This document shows positions 1-13,179 of a stretch of 64,000 nt of DNA, piece after piece. The stretch spans positions 1,065,872-1,129,871 of the forward strand of contig NW_002060945.1 of assembly GCF_000150275.1 (NCBI RefSeq), read 5' to 3'. The first letter of the stretch is position 1; each line of letters opens with the position of its first letter. A program made the position numbers and the translations under genes. The notes beneath the pieces were generated by a model. The model was given only the letters and a program-made list of their open reading frames with translations, did no database searches and had not been told where the DNA came from. This DNA is from Trichoplax adhaerens (lineage: Eukaryota; Animalia; Placozoa).

Positions 1-1
1 A

Positions 2-151
2 AGCAATAAAAGTAAATTATCTAGGGAACTCAAGTCCGTTGGCGAAACCGACGTTATTAATTTTTCTAAACAAGAACCCAAACTCTCAACTGAAGAAGCC
101 TTAACTGACAACTCCGAAAACACGGACAGTGTAGAAATATCCGATGATTAA
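2..151 (+). CDS. 3' end of an unidentified upstream gene (partial, acidic C-terminal tail)
   Basis: Open frame from the window edge, SNKSKLSRELKSVGETDVINFSKQEPKLSTEEALTDNSENTDSVEISDD*, TAA at 149-151, with AATAAA about 70 nt downstream. No recognisable motif. Confidence 0.5.
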   Translation, partial: SNKSKLSRELKSVGETDVINFSKQEPKLSTEEALTDNSENTDSVEISDD

Positions 152-2343
152 CGTATTTAGACGCGATCATCTGCATACCCTGGAAAAAAATATTACAAAA
201 AGACCTTCAATTTCACTCCATCCAATAAAATAACAGACGCAGTCGTTGCCATAATTTCTCAATGATCAACTAATTTACGTAATTTAAAATAGAACCTTAG
301 TCTGAAAAGATGACGCGCTACAACCTATTAATAGGTACACTTAATTTAAATCAAGCTAGCACCGTAAGGAAATTTTTTCACTATCCTATCTGAAGACTAG
401 CATGGCAAGTTTAGAATAAGAATATAGAACAGAAAAAAAGTGATACAACACTAACCCATCACTATTCAGATATTTCGGACAATTTTTCTCCTACACTTAT
501 TTTACATTTGATCGTTATCATTACAATAAGCATATTCCGACGGTATAGTTTGTAATTGGTTCTATGACAAGAATTTGTGATCTATATCTTTTCGGTTCCC
601 AACGCTATACAAGTCGATGACTACAATTTATATATATAGACTGTCGTACTATCATACTATGCTATCCTTTACAAGCACTATTGCAACTACTGGTAAATAC
701 ATAACACTTAAGATTTTCTTCTTTTAGTCAAGTTTACAATACTTTAAATAAACTGAAAATGAATAGACAAGTAAATGAAATAATGATGTCAGTTCTAGAA
801 TATACTTGTATGTTTTTTCTCGGTGTCGTTGTCACACTATTAAGCTATGTGTATCAACTGTTATTAGTGATCACGCAATATTTGATCAAGTAATCATTCC
901 AAAGAAACGTTTGGGTGCATATCAAGCCCGGTCGTAGAGAGATTTAGCATCTTTAGCTTTTGCTTGTACAAGACAAGAGTTAATTATATCTTCGATCTAC
1001 ATAAGATGCGAGCTCCAAAATCCAGCGTTCTAGGACTATCAGTAGCGAAACATATAAACCGGTGCTAAGTGGAAGAACCTTTTATTTTATTATTCTTTAA
1101 AAGAAATGATCTCATATTTAATCATATTATTATCATCACTTATAAAAATGTAGTGAATAGGCTTGTCATAGAACTATAAGATAGTTATCACTAGATAACT
1201 TATCTTAAAATTTGCTGATAGCAATTTTATCTACGATTTTATTCATCAGTAATGTTAGCTTGGTGTTTTGTAGCTAAACTATAAATTCGTTGATATTTCA
1301 ATAAATTTGGATCTTATAGTTTAATCTGATTAGAGACATATGTCAACCATGAGTATATCTTCTGAGATAGGGATAATCAGCACAGTATTTAGAGTAGCAT
1401 AGAGACAGATGCCAGGAAGTGTACAATAGGTGCAGATTTGTTATTTTGATATCGTTGCAAACTTCAATTTGTAACAGGGCCATATTGGTTTAATGCCTAA
1501 CAGATATTGGATTGATTAAGTGAGTGAAATAGCTGTCGTAGCAAATTTAATGATAAAGGCAGGCTAATTGGATAAAATTGAAATATTTCACAACCGCGCT
1601 GGAAAGTATCCCTGCTAACTCCCAGCGGATATCATAGAGTTCTTGCTATCTCGTCCATCAGTTAGCGGCTCCGTAAATTGACCACAGACGCTAACTCAGT
1701 CAAGTCCGGTAATATTATGTGTACAGTAGTCTAGTGCGACGTCTGGAGACAGGGACAAGGATTGCAATATATGGAATAATACCTGAGTTCTTAGAATCAC
1801 AATCAATGGTAACTAGGGCAGTTCTTGTAAATGCAATACTGATAGAACCTTATCCTTCTAAATATTATTGACTTCATTAATAAATGTAATTTAGTATATC
1901 TCATTAGAAGCAAAACGTTCATGTTGATGAATTAATTTATAAATACAATACTGATTTGTCATGGAACACCTTTTCATTTTTTGCTACCATAAAGTTGGAT
2001 ATACGCGTATTAAGAACATATATACAGTACGTAGTTGTGATTATGATATTAGTAATGGTATGAATGGCACATGACTACTAATTTAAAAATGACCAAGTCC
2101 ATCTCGATAAGCATGCTTTTGCATGAAATAATATCTACATTGATGCTTAATCAATCCTAACTCAGTAATAAGTTGAATTCACGATATATAGCAATAGCAA
2201 ATATTGTAGTGTAGTATTATAAATGATTGGATCCATGGCATAACTTCGTAAACCAACTCTATTCTACTATAGCGCTGCATAGTATACTGTTCCGAATTTT
2301 CATGTTAACATTAATTACACAATGCATTTTTTGTCTTTAAATC

Positions 2344-3575
2344 TGAAAGAGTAACGAAAATGACCTTTACTTGTAAGGCTTTGATTCACAATAACAGATA
2401 GCTAACATTGTCAGATTTGATATCCTACTCATCAGCTACTTAAATTTTATTACGAGATACTAGTCTAATGTAAACTGCATCTTAAAATTAATTTCCTCTT
2501 AATAATGCAAACACAAGAATTCTTAAAGCTTTCAACATGAATCAATTAACATCATATTCAGATTCTAATACATCATAATCTTACACCGTAATTAATAATG
2601 CTATACATCATACCTTTTTCATACATTTCGTTTCACATTAAACATTATTGCACATGTAAACTCCCTCAATTATAGTGGTTTATTTAAGCCAATAGACAGG
2701 AGTATCACAATAGTGTTTCGTTTACTTGCATCGTATAGTAAGAAAGTGGCACAGGTGTAATTTCCGCTTACTGCGACCGACCATACAATAAAGTAATTTT
2801 ACTGGTGACTGATACCAAAATCAGAAATCACGAATATAAGTAACCGACTAAAGGAAACGTAAAGGGAAAATTTATACTAAATTACTAAAGAAAAGAATGA
2901 TAAATGTAGAAATTAGTAGTAGATTTAATACTGTAGTCCAGACTGGGGGCATAATTAACGAATTCTACACTATAGTATCCCGCTAAGTACTGTTGTATAC
3001 TGTACAAGTGTACATCAAGCAGATATAATCGTTCGTGAAAGTAGCTGGGACTACTGTACTAAAGGAAAGAGAAAGATAGAATAGAATTAGCAATAGATTC
3101 ATTATGCTGTACCTGATTTTCATATTAAGGTTAATGCACAATATATTTACTATGTCTTTAAAGTCCGATAGAGTGACAAAAGTGACCCTTTTCTTGAAAG
3201 CTTTAATTCACAATAACTGAACGAAAATGGTCAGACTCGATATTTTACTCATACAATTAATTAATTTTATTAAGAGATACTGGTCCAGTGTAAACAGCAT
3301 TCTAAAATTAAATTTCCTCTAAAAATGCAAGCACAAGAATTCTTAAAAACTTTCGACAGGAATCAATTAATACCGTATTTAGATTCTAGTATATATTATA
3401 ATCTTACACCGTAATTAAGAATACTATATACCGCTTCTGTCATACATTTCATTTCACATTAAACATTTTCTTGCATATGCAATGGCTGTCAATTACAGTG
3501 GATCATTTAAGCTAACAGATATCATGCAATACCGTAAATTTACTGGATATCAAATCAAAAATTACCAACATAAGA
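2344..3575. repeat. Diverged direct duplication (~360-490 bp units at ~2344-2840 and ~3166-3575) just downstream of HAL
   Basis: Colinear blocks such as 'gctttgattcacaataac'/'gctttaattcacaataac', 'cacaagaattcttaaa', 'ataatcttacaccgtaattaa' and 'tttcacattaaacatt', offset by ~820 bp. Confidence 0.9.
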
Positions 3576-3685
3576 AATCAATTATTTTTAGTAAGGGTAT
3601 AAATAAAGTTTTTTCCTCAATAAAATTACGATATTCATCGGCGAATTAATTTCAAGAAATTAAGCACAGACTGGCTCGAAGGCAC

Positions 3686-6600
3686 TTATGGCTCTACTGC
3701 AGAATTGTATTTTTCCACATAAGGTTCTACAGCCTCCCAGACCTAAACATTACCAACACAAGGACTCATTTACTCACAGCGAGCAATAACCGTTAAATTT
3801 ATACTACAATACTAACTCGTAGCATTTATTTCCTCAATGATTAAAATGCTTATTAATAACGAAATTGAATGCGAAAGTTAGCGCGAAGGTATTTACCTTA
3901 TTTTCTTTAAGCAACCTCGTAGCGGCTTCTATATCAGGAGAAATATATCTATCCTTGTCCCAAGACCTAAAAAATATTAAAATTGGCGTAATCATCGTAA
4001 CTTTCATTCGTTTATTATAAGTAGATTTGCTACTTTTCATTTTATAACTCACTTGACTACACTGCGCACCAAAGCATGTACTTTTTCTAAAGGTTCTGTT
4101 GTCTTGAGAGGGCGTTGTAAATCGATTGCTTGACAAGCAGCGAGCAATTCAATAGCAACAACCTGTTCAACGTGCTCAACTACCTGTAATGCTTTCCTAG
4201 CAGCAAAACCTCCCATTGATACATGGTCTTCTTGGGCAGCAGAAGTTGAAATGGAATCAACGGACGAAGGATGGGTTAGAACTTTATTTTCCGAAACTGA
4301 AAAGACAAGTAATACAAGTTAGCAGCTATTGAAAGTAGTCTTTGAAAATTTTACTCTATTATCACATATAATAACCAAATATAATCAACACCCAAATAAA
4401 GTAAAAAAATGTAGCAACTATGAATTACGTTCTGTATTGCTAGTACATATATCAACGGAGCGACATGATCCATTAAAGTATTACCTAACGCGGCTGCAGT
4501 ACAGTGAGCAATCATAAAACCTGAAATAAAATATAATATTATACTCATATACATAACATGTTAATAGTCAGCTAAAAGGAGAACAAATCATACAGCAATT
4601 TTACGCGTAATACCGGAATTTAGGCCGCCCTCTTTAACAAGAAAAGCAGGAAGATCGTTCAGTCCTATAATAGATAACACATGGGAAAAAGTAATAGTAC
4701 ACCGCTAGTTAATATTTAATATCATGAGATTTTTAGTTTAGACGATAGTCTTGATAGTCAATCTAATTAATAACTGATGTTTAGAGTAGTTGGCTGTTGC
4801 GAAATGTACGCACGACGTTGTTGCTAGCAATGACGTAGCTTACCAGGATTTAGCATCCTCTCAATTCTTCGTTCGCTAATATTTGCAAGTTCGTGAACGC
4901 CAATTGCAAGATAGTCTAACATCTAACGTTATAATAAGTATGAACAATTACTGGCATAGCAATTTCAGAATAACAACAGAGGACGCAGAATCATAAATTC
5001 AAAGTTCCATGTAAATCTAGAAATGATCCTAAATACTATGTTCCTACTATCAATGAATACGTGTATATCAATTATATAGTACAATTTACCTTTGCAGGAT
5101 ATTCCCCGTGAAAATTTCCTCCAGATATTATTTCTCGATTTTTCCAAAAAACAATCTACGATATAAATGCTCAGGAATTTTATCCGCTCAATTTCTAAAT
5201 TCTACAACGGGTTTTATCATTTATAACTCAGCGATGAACATCAAAAAAGTCCGTACAGAATAAATTAATTTCAAGATTTTAAGGATACAGGGTTATCAGT
5301 GGCACTATTCATTTCGTTTGTTATTGTTTCGCTAACAAATTTTATCGTATCATGAACAACCCCATGTACTTGCGGTATACACCGTAGGGAATAACAGTCT
5401 TGAACACGCGCGTAATCATTTTCATCGCCTGTAGTTGCATTAATCATTTTAAGACTTAAACGCTAGTAGAATTGATTAACATTACAATGCACTCCCTCTA
5501 ATATCTTCAATTGTTACGTTTATATTCCTAACATTATAATTTAATAATTTAGACTACAATTTACTCACTTGTTAATCCAGATGGGTACATAGAAGAACGT
5601 AAGACGGCCCTTAATCTAGCCGCAACTTCATTTTGACCTTTATGGAGCCGAACAGCGTGCAGCTTGGGATCAAAAGCTTTAACAATTCCTTTCAGGCTTT
5701 CTAAAGTGAGGGCAGCTACAATATCTGCTTGACGAGCAATCCTTTGGGCACGGTAAACAGCTAATAACAACATAAAAATCAATATGGAATAAATTTAAGT
5801 ATATTTTTAACGGTAACATTTACAAATCGTAAATGTCATAATATTATAAAAGTATGAGAACGACATCACACTAGCGAAATAGTTCAAGCATTATGTCAAG
5901 TAATCATGGTAAAGCATAAATAGAGTATAAAAATTTACCAGTACATCCAACAGAAGTTATTAATTGAGTGCCGTTGATCAATGCCAATCCCTATAAAGAT
6001 AAAATAATTTTCATTGTACATATATATTCTCGATATTCATCTCCAAAAGCCAATCATTAATAAATTGTATAACATTACATCCATACATCCAACAAAGTCT
6101 AACAAGATTTACCTCTTTAGGTCCGAGATTGACCGTCTTAAGACCATGAAATTTTAGGACCTAAAAAAATATATTTAATATTAAAAATTTATGGCAGAGC
6201 TAATATCGATATGTATAATTAATTCAAAACTGTCGTAGGACCATCTTAGATCTCCATTTGCAGTCAAAATTCGCTTAATGCTACCACAGGTCAATAGTCA
6301 GAGGAGGTTATTGATTGTGTGGATTAGCTCTGTATGTAAGAACATGTCTTAAATACCGCAACGTGGATACTAAAATAACTCACTAATTTCACTAAACTTT
6401 TAAAACATTGCGAGTATTATAACTAAAAATTTCGATAACACGAATAATAACATAATCTGTCTACTGCATGCGAAATACCGAGTGTGTAAGGTATCTCTAA
6501 GCGAGTATAATCTGGAAAGGGACAAGAGGAATACATTGCAAATTAGACAAACTATCATAACCAGCAAACATGTACCACAACTGCACTGAGTAAACCTTCA

Positions 6601-9600
6601 TGTACTGAAATGGTCATCTAGATTAGGTAACGGATTAAGGGAATTCGACTGCCTTCAGTTTCAATGATTATCCAGTGGTGTTAAATTATTTAAACTAACT
6701 AACCTCTGAGGAATTTGCCCATCCTGTTTGAGCGCTCCACATTTTACCTTCACCAAGCAATCCTAATGCGAGATGTGAAAGCGGAGCTAAATCACCACTA
6801 GCACCAACTGTTCCTTGTTCTGGCACTAGAGGCATACAGCCAGCTAAAACAATTTTGGTCAAGTAAAAAATTTTTTAGATCATTTTAAAAATATGCACAC
6901 GAATGTTATTTTGTAGCGATAAATTCGATAAGATATCAAGGTTAAATATCTTAAAAATAACATACCATTAAAAATATCTACCATTCGTAAGACATTTTCC
7001 GCGCTGATTCCGCTAATTAGTATGAAAATTTACTAAATTTAAGAGTTGCAATATACTGTACATATATTCGTACGCATGTAGGCAGAATAAATACATAAAT
7101 TATAGTACACCGTTATTACGATATGAATTATTTTCTTGGAATAGCATTAACTACAAAAATAAAGAATCATTTCTAAAGATTTATAATCATACTATCTAAT
7201 ACGGCAAGAAGTACCTGTAACCTTTTGACAAAATATTGATACGTAAAGCAAATAGCATTCTGGTCTGTTCAATTGATAGGGCTCTACCGACACCTGTCGT
7301 CATTACAAAAGATCAATTTACTGTAGAATCATTTGTCATCAGATTATTTTACAATACCATAAATATACAAAGTTAGTGCTTAGATAAATTAAAAATTACC
7401 TGCAGCATGAGACCTGATGAGATTTTCTTGTAATTCACTACATATTTGAACAGAAATAGCAACGGTTACTAGTACTATTTTATTTCGGCGTTACATGTTA
7501 TGGAAAGTCACAATATGCAGCTAATCAAATTTCATTTAAACAGACTACGGCATAACATAATTTGATATCTTACATCAGATTTTTATCACTGATGATGGTC
7601 CTAGCAAATTTTCCAAATCCCGTATTTACACCGTAAGTAACTGCAAGTGTATTAAATCAAGAAATTAACTAAAGTATAATTGATATCAAAGGTAGTAAAT
7701 TATTTTTTTAATCTGTTGTTAAGCTTAATGAGTAGCTATAATAGATTGCAACTTAGATTATGACGAATTATGAGCACTCTACTATAGCTCTATAAATGAT
7801 ACAGTACACGAAGTTCAACGGTAATAAATTGATAAATCTTTATGCGTAGTGTACGGTGGTGTCAATCCTGATAAATAGCTACCTTTCTTTGATCTAACAA
7901 TCTCATCTAAGAATTCCCTAGCTTTTGATATTCCTTGTAGCGCTAAATTAGAGACCTATTATAGAATAAAATTATAGACATTGCGTTCTAAACATTGCAC
8001 GTTTGGTTATGCTTGATTGATTAAAGACTTGTCATCAATAGCTATAGTTAAAGTGCCCAAAGAAGTAATAGAGCATAATTGCTATTAACTGCTGAGCAAA
8101 CTAAATTCTACTTACGACAAGCTTCGCTTGTCCACTACCAAGGAGCACAAGATCATCGATGGTCAAACTGCATCCATCAACTTCAACATTTATCTTCTTT
8201 GTTAGAATTAGTATTAATTTAAGAAATCAATACCAATCAGTAGTGAAGAAAATTGCATACAGTTTGCTTAATATATGAGTAAATAATAATATGACTTACT
8301 TTGTCATTAGGACTTTACAAAAGTTGCCGAAATCCATAAAAGTGGTAGCATTGCCAATAGATTTATTAACCAATGTTTATTATCAATTTATGATCAATGT
8401 AGAAAACAGTAACAATCTAAATTATTTAACTTACATATTTCTAATAATGTGCTTCATTTCTCTTGACAGAGCTTTTTCATGGCTGCGTTCTAAAATATTA
8501 GGAGAAATAAATTACACGCATATTTTTTACTGCATGATGCCATCAAGACAAAGGAGCTGATATCACATTAAGCCAAGAAATTTATCCTAGGAATATTATC
8601 AACTACCGTTGCGCACTGATGAATAAAACTATCCGGTACAACAACAGCATAGACGAAAAAAAGATAGTTTCTTTTATCTTTGTACTTTACGAGTAAAAAA
8701 TGGAGGGTGAAAAAGTGATAATTCCCATGGAAAACTAGAAGAAGATCTGGTTGTGGTGGCGGAAAGCTTTCGCTTTGCAGATAAATTTATTTATAGCAAA
8801 AGCAAAGATTCATCGTGTCTTTTGCTCTTTAACCTATTGCTGCTAGAAAATTTGTCCCTTAACGCTCGAGCTTTATTGTTTAGTTAATCTATCTATTTTA
8901 ATTTTAAATAACCAGCAGTAGTTTATCAGACTCTCTCGATCAAAATTTGGTAAAAGATTGACCTAAACTACTGTAGATTCCTTGCTTTTAATATGTGCTT
9001 ATAATACGTATTAGCCTCATCATGTCAAGAAAAATTGATGATGGAAACACTGAATCAGTCACATCCGTTAATCTTGTCGCGAATAATTATTAAAATATGT
9101 GTATCGCTAGACTAATACACTAAGTCCGAACTGCAGCGTAATGTCATGTCTGATAATTATAATTGTAATAGATAAGTGCTAATAATCATAGATTACAAAT
9201 TATCAACATGTTATGTTATCAAAATGCTTGTCTGTGCCGTGTCTAGGAATTGAGTCAACTTCAGTATCTGTATCGTACAACGCTGCTAAGTTCCAAAACG
9301 ATCCGTTGCTATTACAGCTAGAATCTTATAAAAAGGAAAGTCTTAAGACCTCTTCGGCATTACTTCACACGATCATTCAATTACTCTGCTAATGTGTGTA
9401 CAGTATTAACCTTCCATAAAGTCAATTCACTAGTAGCAAAGCGCGAGCTGGATTTTATGAAAAGTATCACTAGTCAACCTCAAGATCCATCACAAACGTC
9501 ATTCTATGTATGCGTAAAAGATATCGAAGTCTACTGTATTCACTAGCACCATTGAGATTTTTCAGTATGACATTTTATTCTCACACTATTTCCAGCTTAG

Positions 9601-12516
9601 TATAGACATTTTCCATTGACTAAGTTCTCACTGTCATTTCTGACTCCATCACTTTGATACCAACTCCTAACACTCTTATTGGCTGATGTTAGAAATGAAA
9701 CAGCGTACAGTACAGTTAGTGTAAGTATTGTGTCCTGTACAACGTGATCCTACAGTACTGTATACTGTACAATGTACACTCGATATGACAATTTTTGCAT
9801 CAATTTGTACAAAATTGTTCGTAAATGCATCATTTTAATATGTACGGATAGCTCTTGACTTAGTGGTTAACTTACTACCATAAGAGACCTAAGTGTATAT
9901 ATAGTTAGTTAGTTTTTGCGATGAAAACCGATCTCTGATAGGTCTATCAAATGGTAATACTATCTGTTAAATGAGCACATTATCGTAAACCGTCAGCAAA
10001 GCGACGGGAGTTTGCACTAGTCTTTCTTTAAAAAGACAGTAAAGCTATAATAGAATGATATATTAGGTTGATAAATGCTCAGGAATGTAACAACTCTTAA
10101 TCAGTATTTGCTTATTAAGATCACTGGTTGATGCTTTTCAAAGTGACAAAATACTTTGATACACACTGTACTGTACTGTAAAATACTGTAGTACTCAGGA
10201 TCATTCAAAAAGTGTCCTGTACTGTACAGTGAGTTAAAAGTCCCCGTTATTGTTATTATAATCAACACACCTATCCTGGAGGCGCGCCACATGTCAATAC
10301 AGTCATGTTATTGGTCAATTTCCCTCATATGATTTGTAATCTGCAATCTAGAAGAAGGCGGTGTCACCAACAACAATGCCTAGTACTATTCAATTTTCTT
10401 GACAGCAGTAATAAAATAAATAAATAAAATAAAATACTGTATTGTGCTGTATGTGGCGCTTTCTAAAACACGATTAGGATTCAGAACGGTGATCCAATCT
10501 CTTCGTCAAAGATCTACAGCACAGTCAATACTGTTATTACGGAGGGTACAGCCATGAACTACTAGGAATTTTGACCTTGAAATTTCGAGTGGTCCATGGT
10601 AATGTCACCTACATAACTATGGTTGCTCAAAAGACTGCTAAAACAAAGACTATAGTACTTTTTAATTTGTGTGATTTGAATTAATTATATGGTTTACAAG
10701 CTTCGTATAAATGGATGGTGATGGTTTGTCCGTTAATACTTTAAGGCCAGTTTTGCCCGCGCGTCCAAATTGAACGTCGCTGCCGGACAAACTTTGTACC
10801 AACTATGCAACGAATGCAGTAGCAATGCTGCTCTTGTTTACTGATGTACTGATCGTGTAAGATATATCACATAAAACAGAAAGCGTGGCAGTATGACAGC
10901 AAATTAGAATGTGTTACATTTACAGCCTAGATTAAAAAGACCAAAGTACAGTCTGTACAGTCTATAACTGAACATCAATCATGACATAGTTGTGAAAAAA
11001 TTACAAGAATTAATACCACCCATATTGATAACGGATAGTCCACTACTAATGTGATACCGAGGTGCATAAGCGTGCAAGTCTACCAGCATCCAGCTAACTG
11101 CTTACTGATGATGCAATTCAATTTGATTTCTGTGATACAGATTTTCTTAACATATGTGGAGGGAGTGCCATTATTAAATTAGTTTACTCTTTTTAGTCTA
11201 ATAGCAGCGAAGCACGGCTGTACAGCACGTTACGATAAGTTTATACGAGTATTTATATACTGTACTTAGATCAACGGCTGTCTTTGACTATTTTGTACCG
11301 TATTTGTTTAGTCATTGGAAGTATCCCTTATTCTAGGCACGGCACGGCTATTATGTCTATCGGTAAACTATTCTGTAGCCGGAAGTGTGTCCATGCCTAC
11401 AGTACTGTATTTAGGAATCTCGAAAATCCTAGGATACTTCTGTCTACCGTACACCTTGCCTAACGTATATCATAACGTTACGAGATGTAAGTCTAACAGC
11501 GACACAGCAAGACACGATCATGATCGTTAATCATCAACGAGTAAGACAATCATAAACAAACAAAAGATGAGCTGCATGCCCGATCCTACAGTACACTTCT
11601 AGTACTATACCACCTAAAACTTTATAACTAATGTGCTATAAAATTGAAGTTATGACAGAAACATTTTTTCGACCTTTATCAGGCCGAATATAAAATATCG
11701 ATTCACGAGTGACCCAATTCGAAACATAAAGTCACAGTGTAGGCCTACATGTAGCATTGTGATTTCGTAGAATTTTAACCTTTAGCTTAACAGAGTGGCC
11801 ATTAAATCCTGTCATTTCCCTAGGGTATGTTTCAATCTAGTGATCATTGTACTGCATTACAGTCTGAAAATAAGACTTTGAAATATTTGAATTTATAGTG
11901 GTAGATTGCTTCATCGACTTTTTTTTCAGATATGCAGTATAGAACAGGTTGATTAAATAAGAGTGTATCATGTACTGTATATATACCTTATATCACTTTC
12001 TATAATTAATTCATGTTTTTTCATAAGGAAACGAAAGACAATTCGATTAAAACAGTGAAACAAGTTCTGACTTGAAACTGCTGATAACTGTTTTACAGTA
12101 TGGTGACATCGCAATGCCAGTGTTAACCGTATTAAAATTGGCCCATGATAAGAGTGTATTGAAGATGTCATTTTTTATTTACAGTAACGCGTCAAGCACT
12201 TGCAATTTTACATGCTATTTCTAGCTATTCCAAAGTAGTAAGATACAAAATGAATCGTAAACTTACCTAAGATCACTTCTTCATCATCCACTAAAACATC
12301 CGCAACGTGATCGTTTTCGTATAATATTGCCCCCTTTACGTTACGTAATCGCACTTGTGTACAAACGTGTAAAGTGAAATCTGAAGGACTAACAGTTCTA
12401 TCCGCTTTACTCATATGGCGTTTCACTATTTCAGAAATTAGCCAATCGATCTTTTGATTGCCCTCTTTACAAGGAATAACGTAAGTATCATTCGAAATTC
12501 GAGCTAAGATTTTCAT
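3686..12516 (-). CDS. HAL: Histidine ammonia-lyase (histidase), multi-exon, with N-terminal Par3/HAL domain
   Basis: Exon 1 at 12516-12267 ([34 protein letters not shown]...). Later exons give [21 protein letters not shown], the MIO-forming [16 protein letters not shown] (~6775-6815), [59 protein letters not shown] and [11 protein letters not shown]. Last exon [18 protein letters not shown], stop at 3686-3688. Confidence 0.97.
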
Positions 12517-12667
12517 GATTTTGATCTCGTCCAAGTACAGAATAAGGAACAAACAACCGCGACGCGAAAACAGTAGCGTAATTGGTCCGTAAATAACTTT
12601 TTTTCTCGCGGGCCGCAGTTCCCAAGTCTGAGTTGTACAGTACATTGTACTGTACAACAATTTGCTT

Positions 12668-12865
12668 TTATTTGTACTTTGAGAATTTCTATCCAAAAGT
12701 CTGTATCATGTCTTTCTTCTTATTGTGACAGTTCTCTGCGATATTGTACAAGAATTTTCTGTTATTTGTACAGTACTTTGAGAATTTCTATCCAAAGTCT
12801 GTATCATGTCTTTCTTATTATTGTGACAGTTATCTTATTATCGTGACAGTTCTCTGCGATATACA
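12668..12865. repeat. Near-identical ~100-bp tandem duplication upstream of HAL
   Basis: 'tactttgagaatttctatccaaa(a)gtctgtatcatgtctttctt..ttattgtgacagtt' occurs twice, with an additional partial 'gtgacagttctctgcgatat'. Confidence 0.92.
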
Positions 12866-12996
12866 GTACTGTACTTTACATTGCCATACAGTACTGGATA
12901 CTATGCGGCCATCGAGGTACAGTACTGTAGTTTGTTTCTTTTTTTCTTGCCTTCTATGCTTGAGGCCGGAGGTTCTTTTTCAATACTTCCAGTACT

Positions 12997-13179
12997 GTAC
13001 AGTATGTCTAAGATATTTCAGCCGATAAATTTTAACATCCAAAAACAAATAAATTTCGGAAAGTGAACAAATAATACATCAATCGATTGATGTATAATTT
13101 GTGCAGAATAAAGGGATTCCTTGATTTTGCTTGTTAAAATTTAAAATTTATCGGCTGAAATATCTTAGACATACTGTAC
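12997..13179. mobile_element. MITE-like / hairpin element with perfect 39-bp terminal inverted repeats
   Basis: gtacagtatgtctaagatatttcagccgataaattttaa (12997-13035) is the exact reverse complement of 13141-13179, with a 105-bp non-coding spacer. The inverted repeat is directly seen; mobility is inferred. Confidence 0.55.

Noticed and set aside
9845-9895. tRNA-like start 'gctcttgacttagtggttaa'
   Set aside because: No T-loop GTTCRA and no cloverleaf completion.
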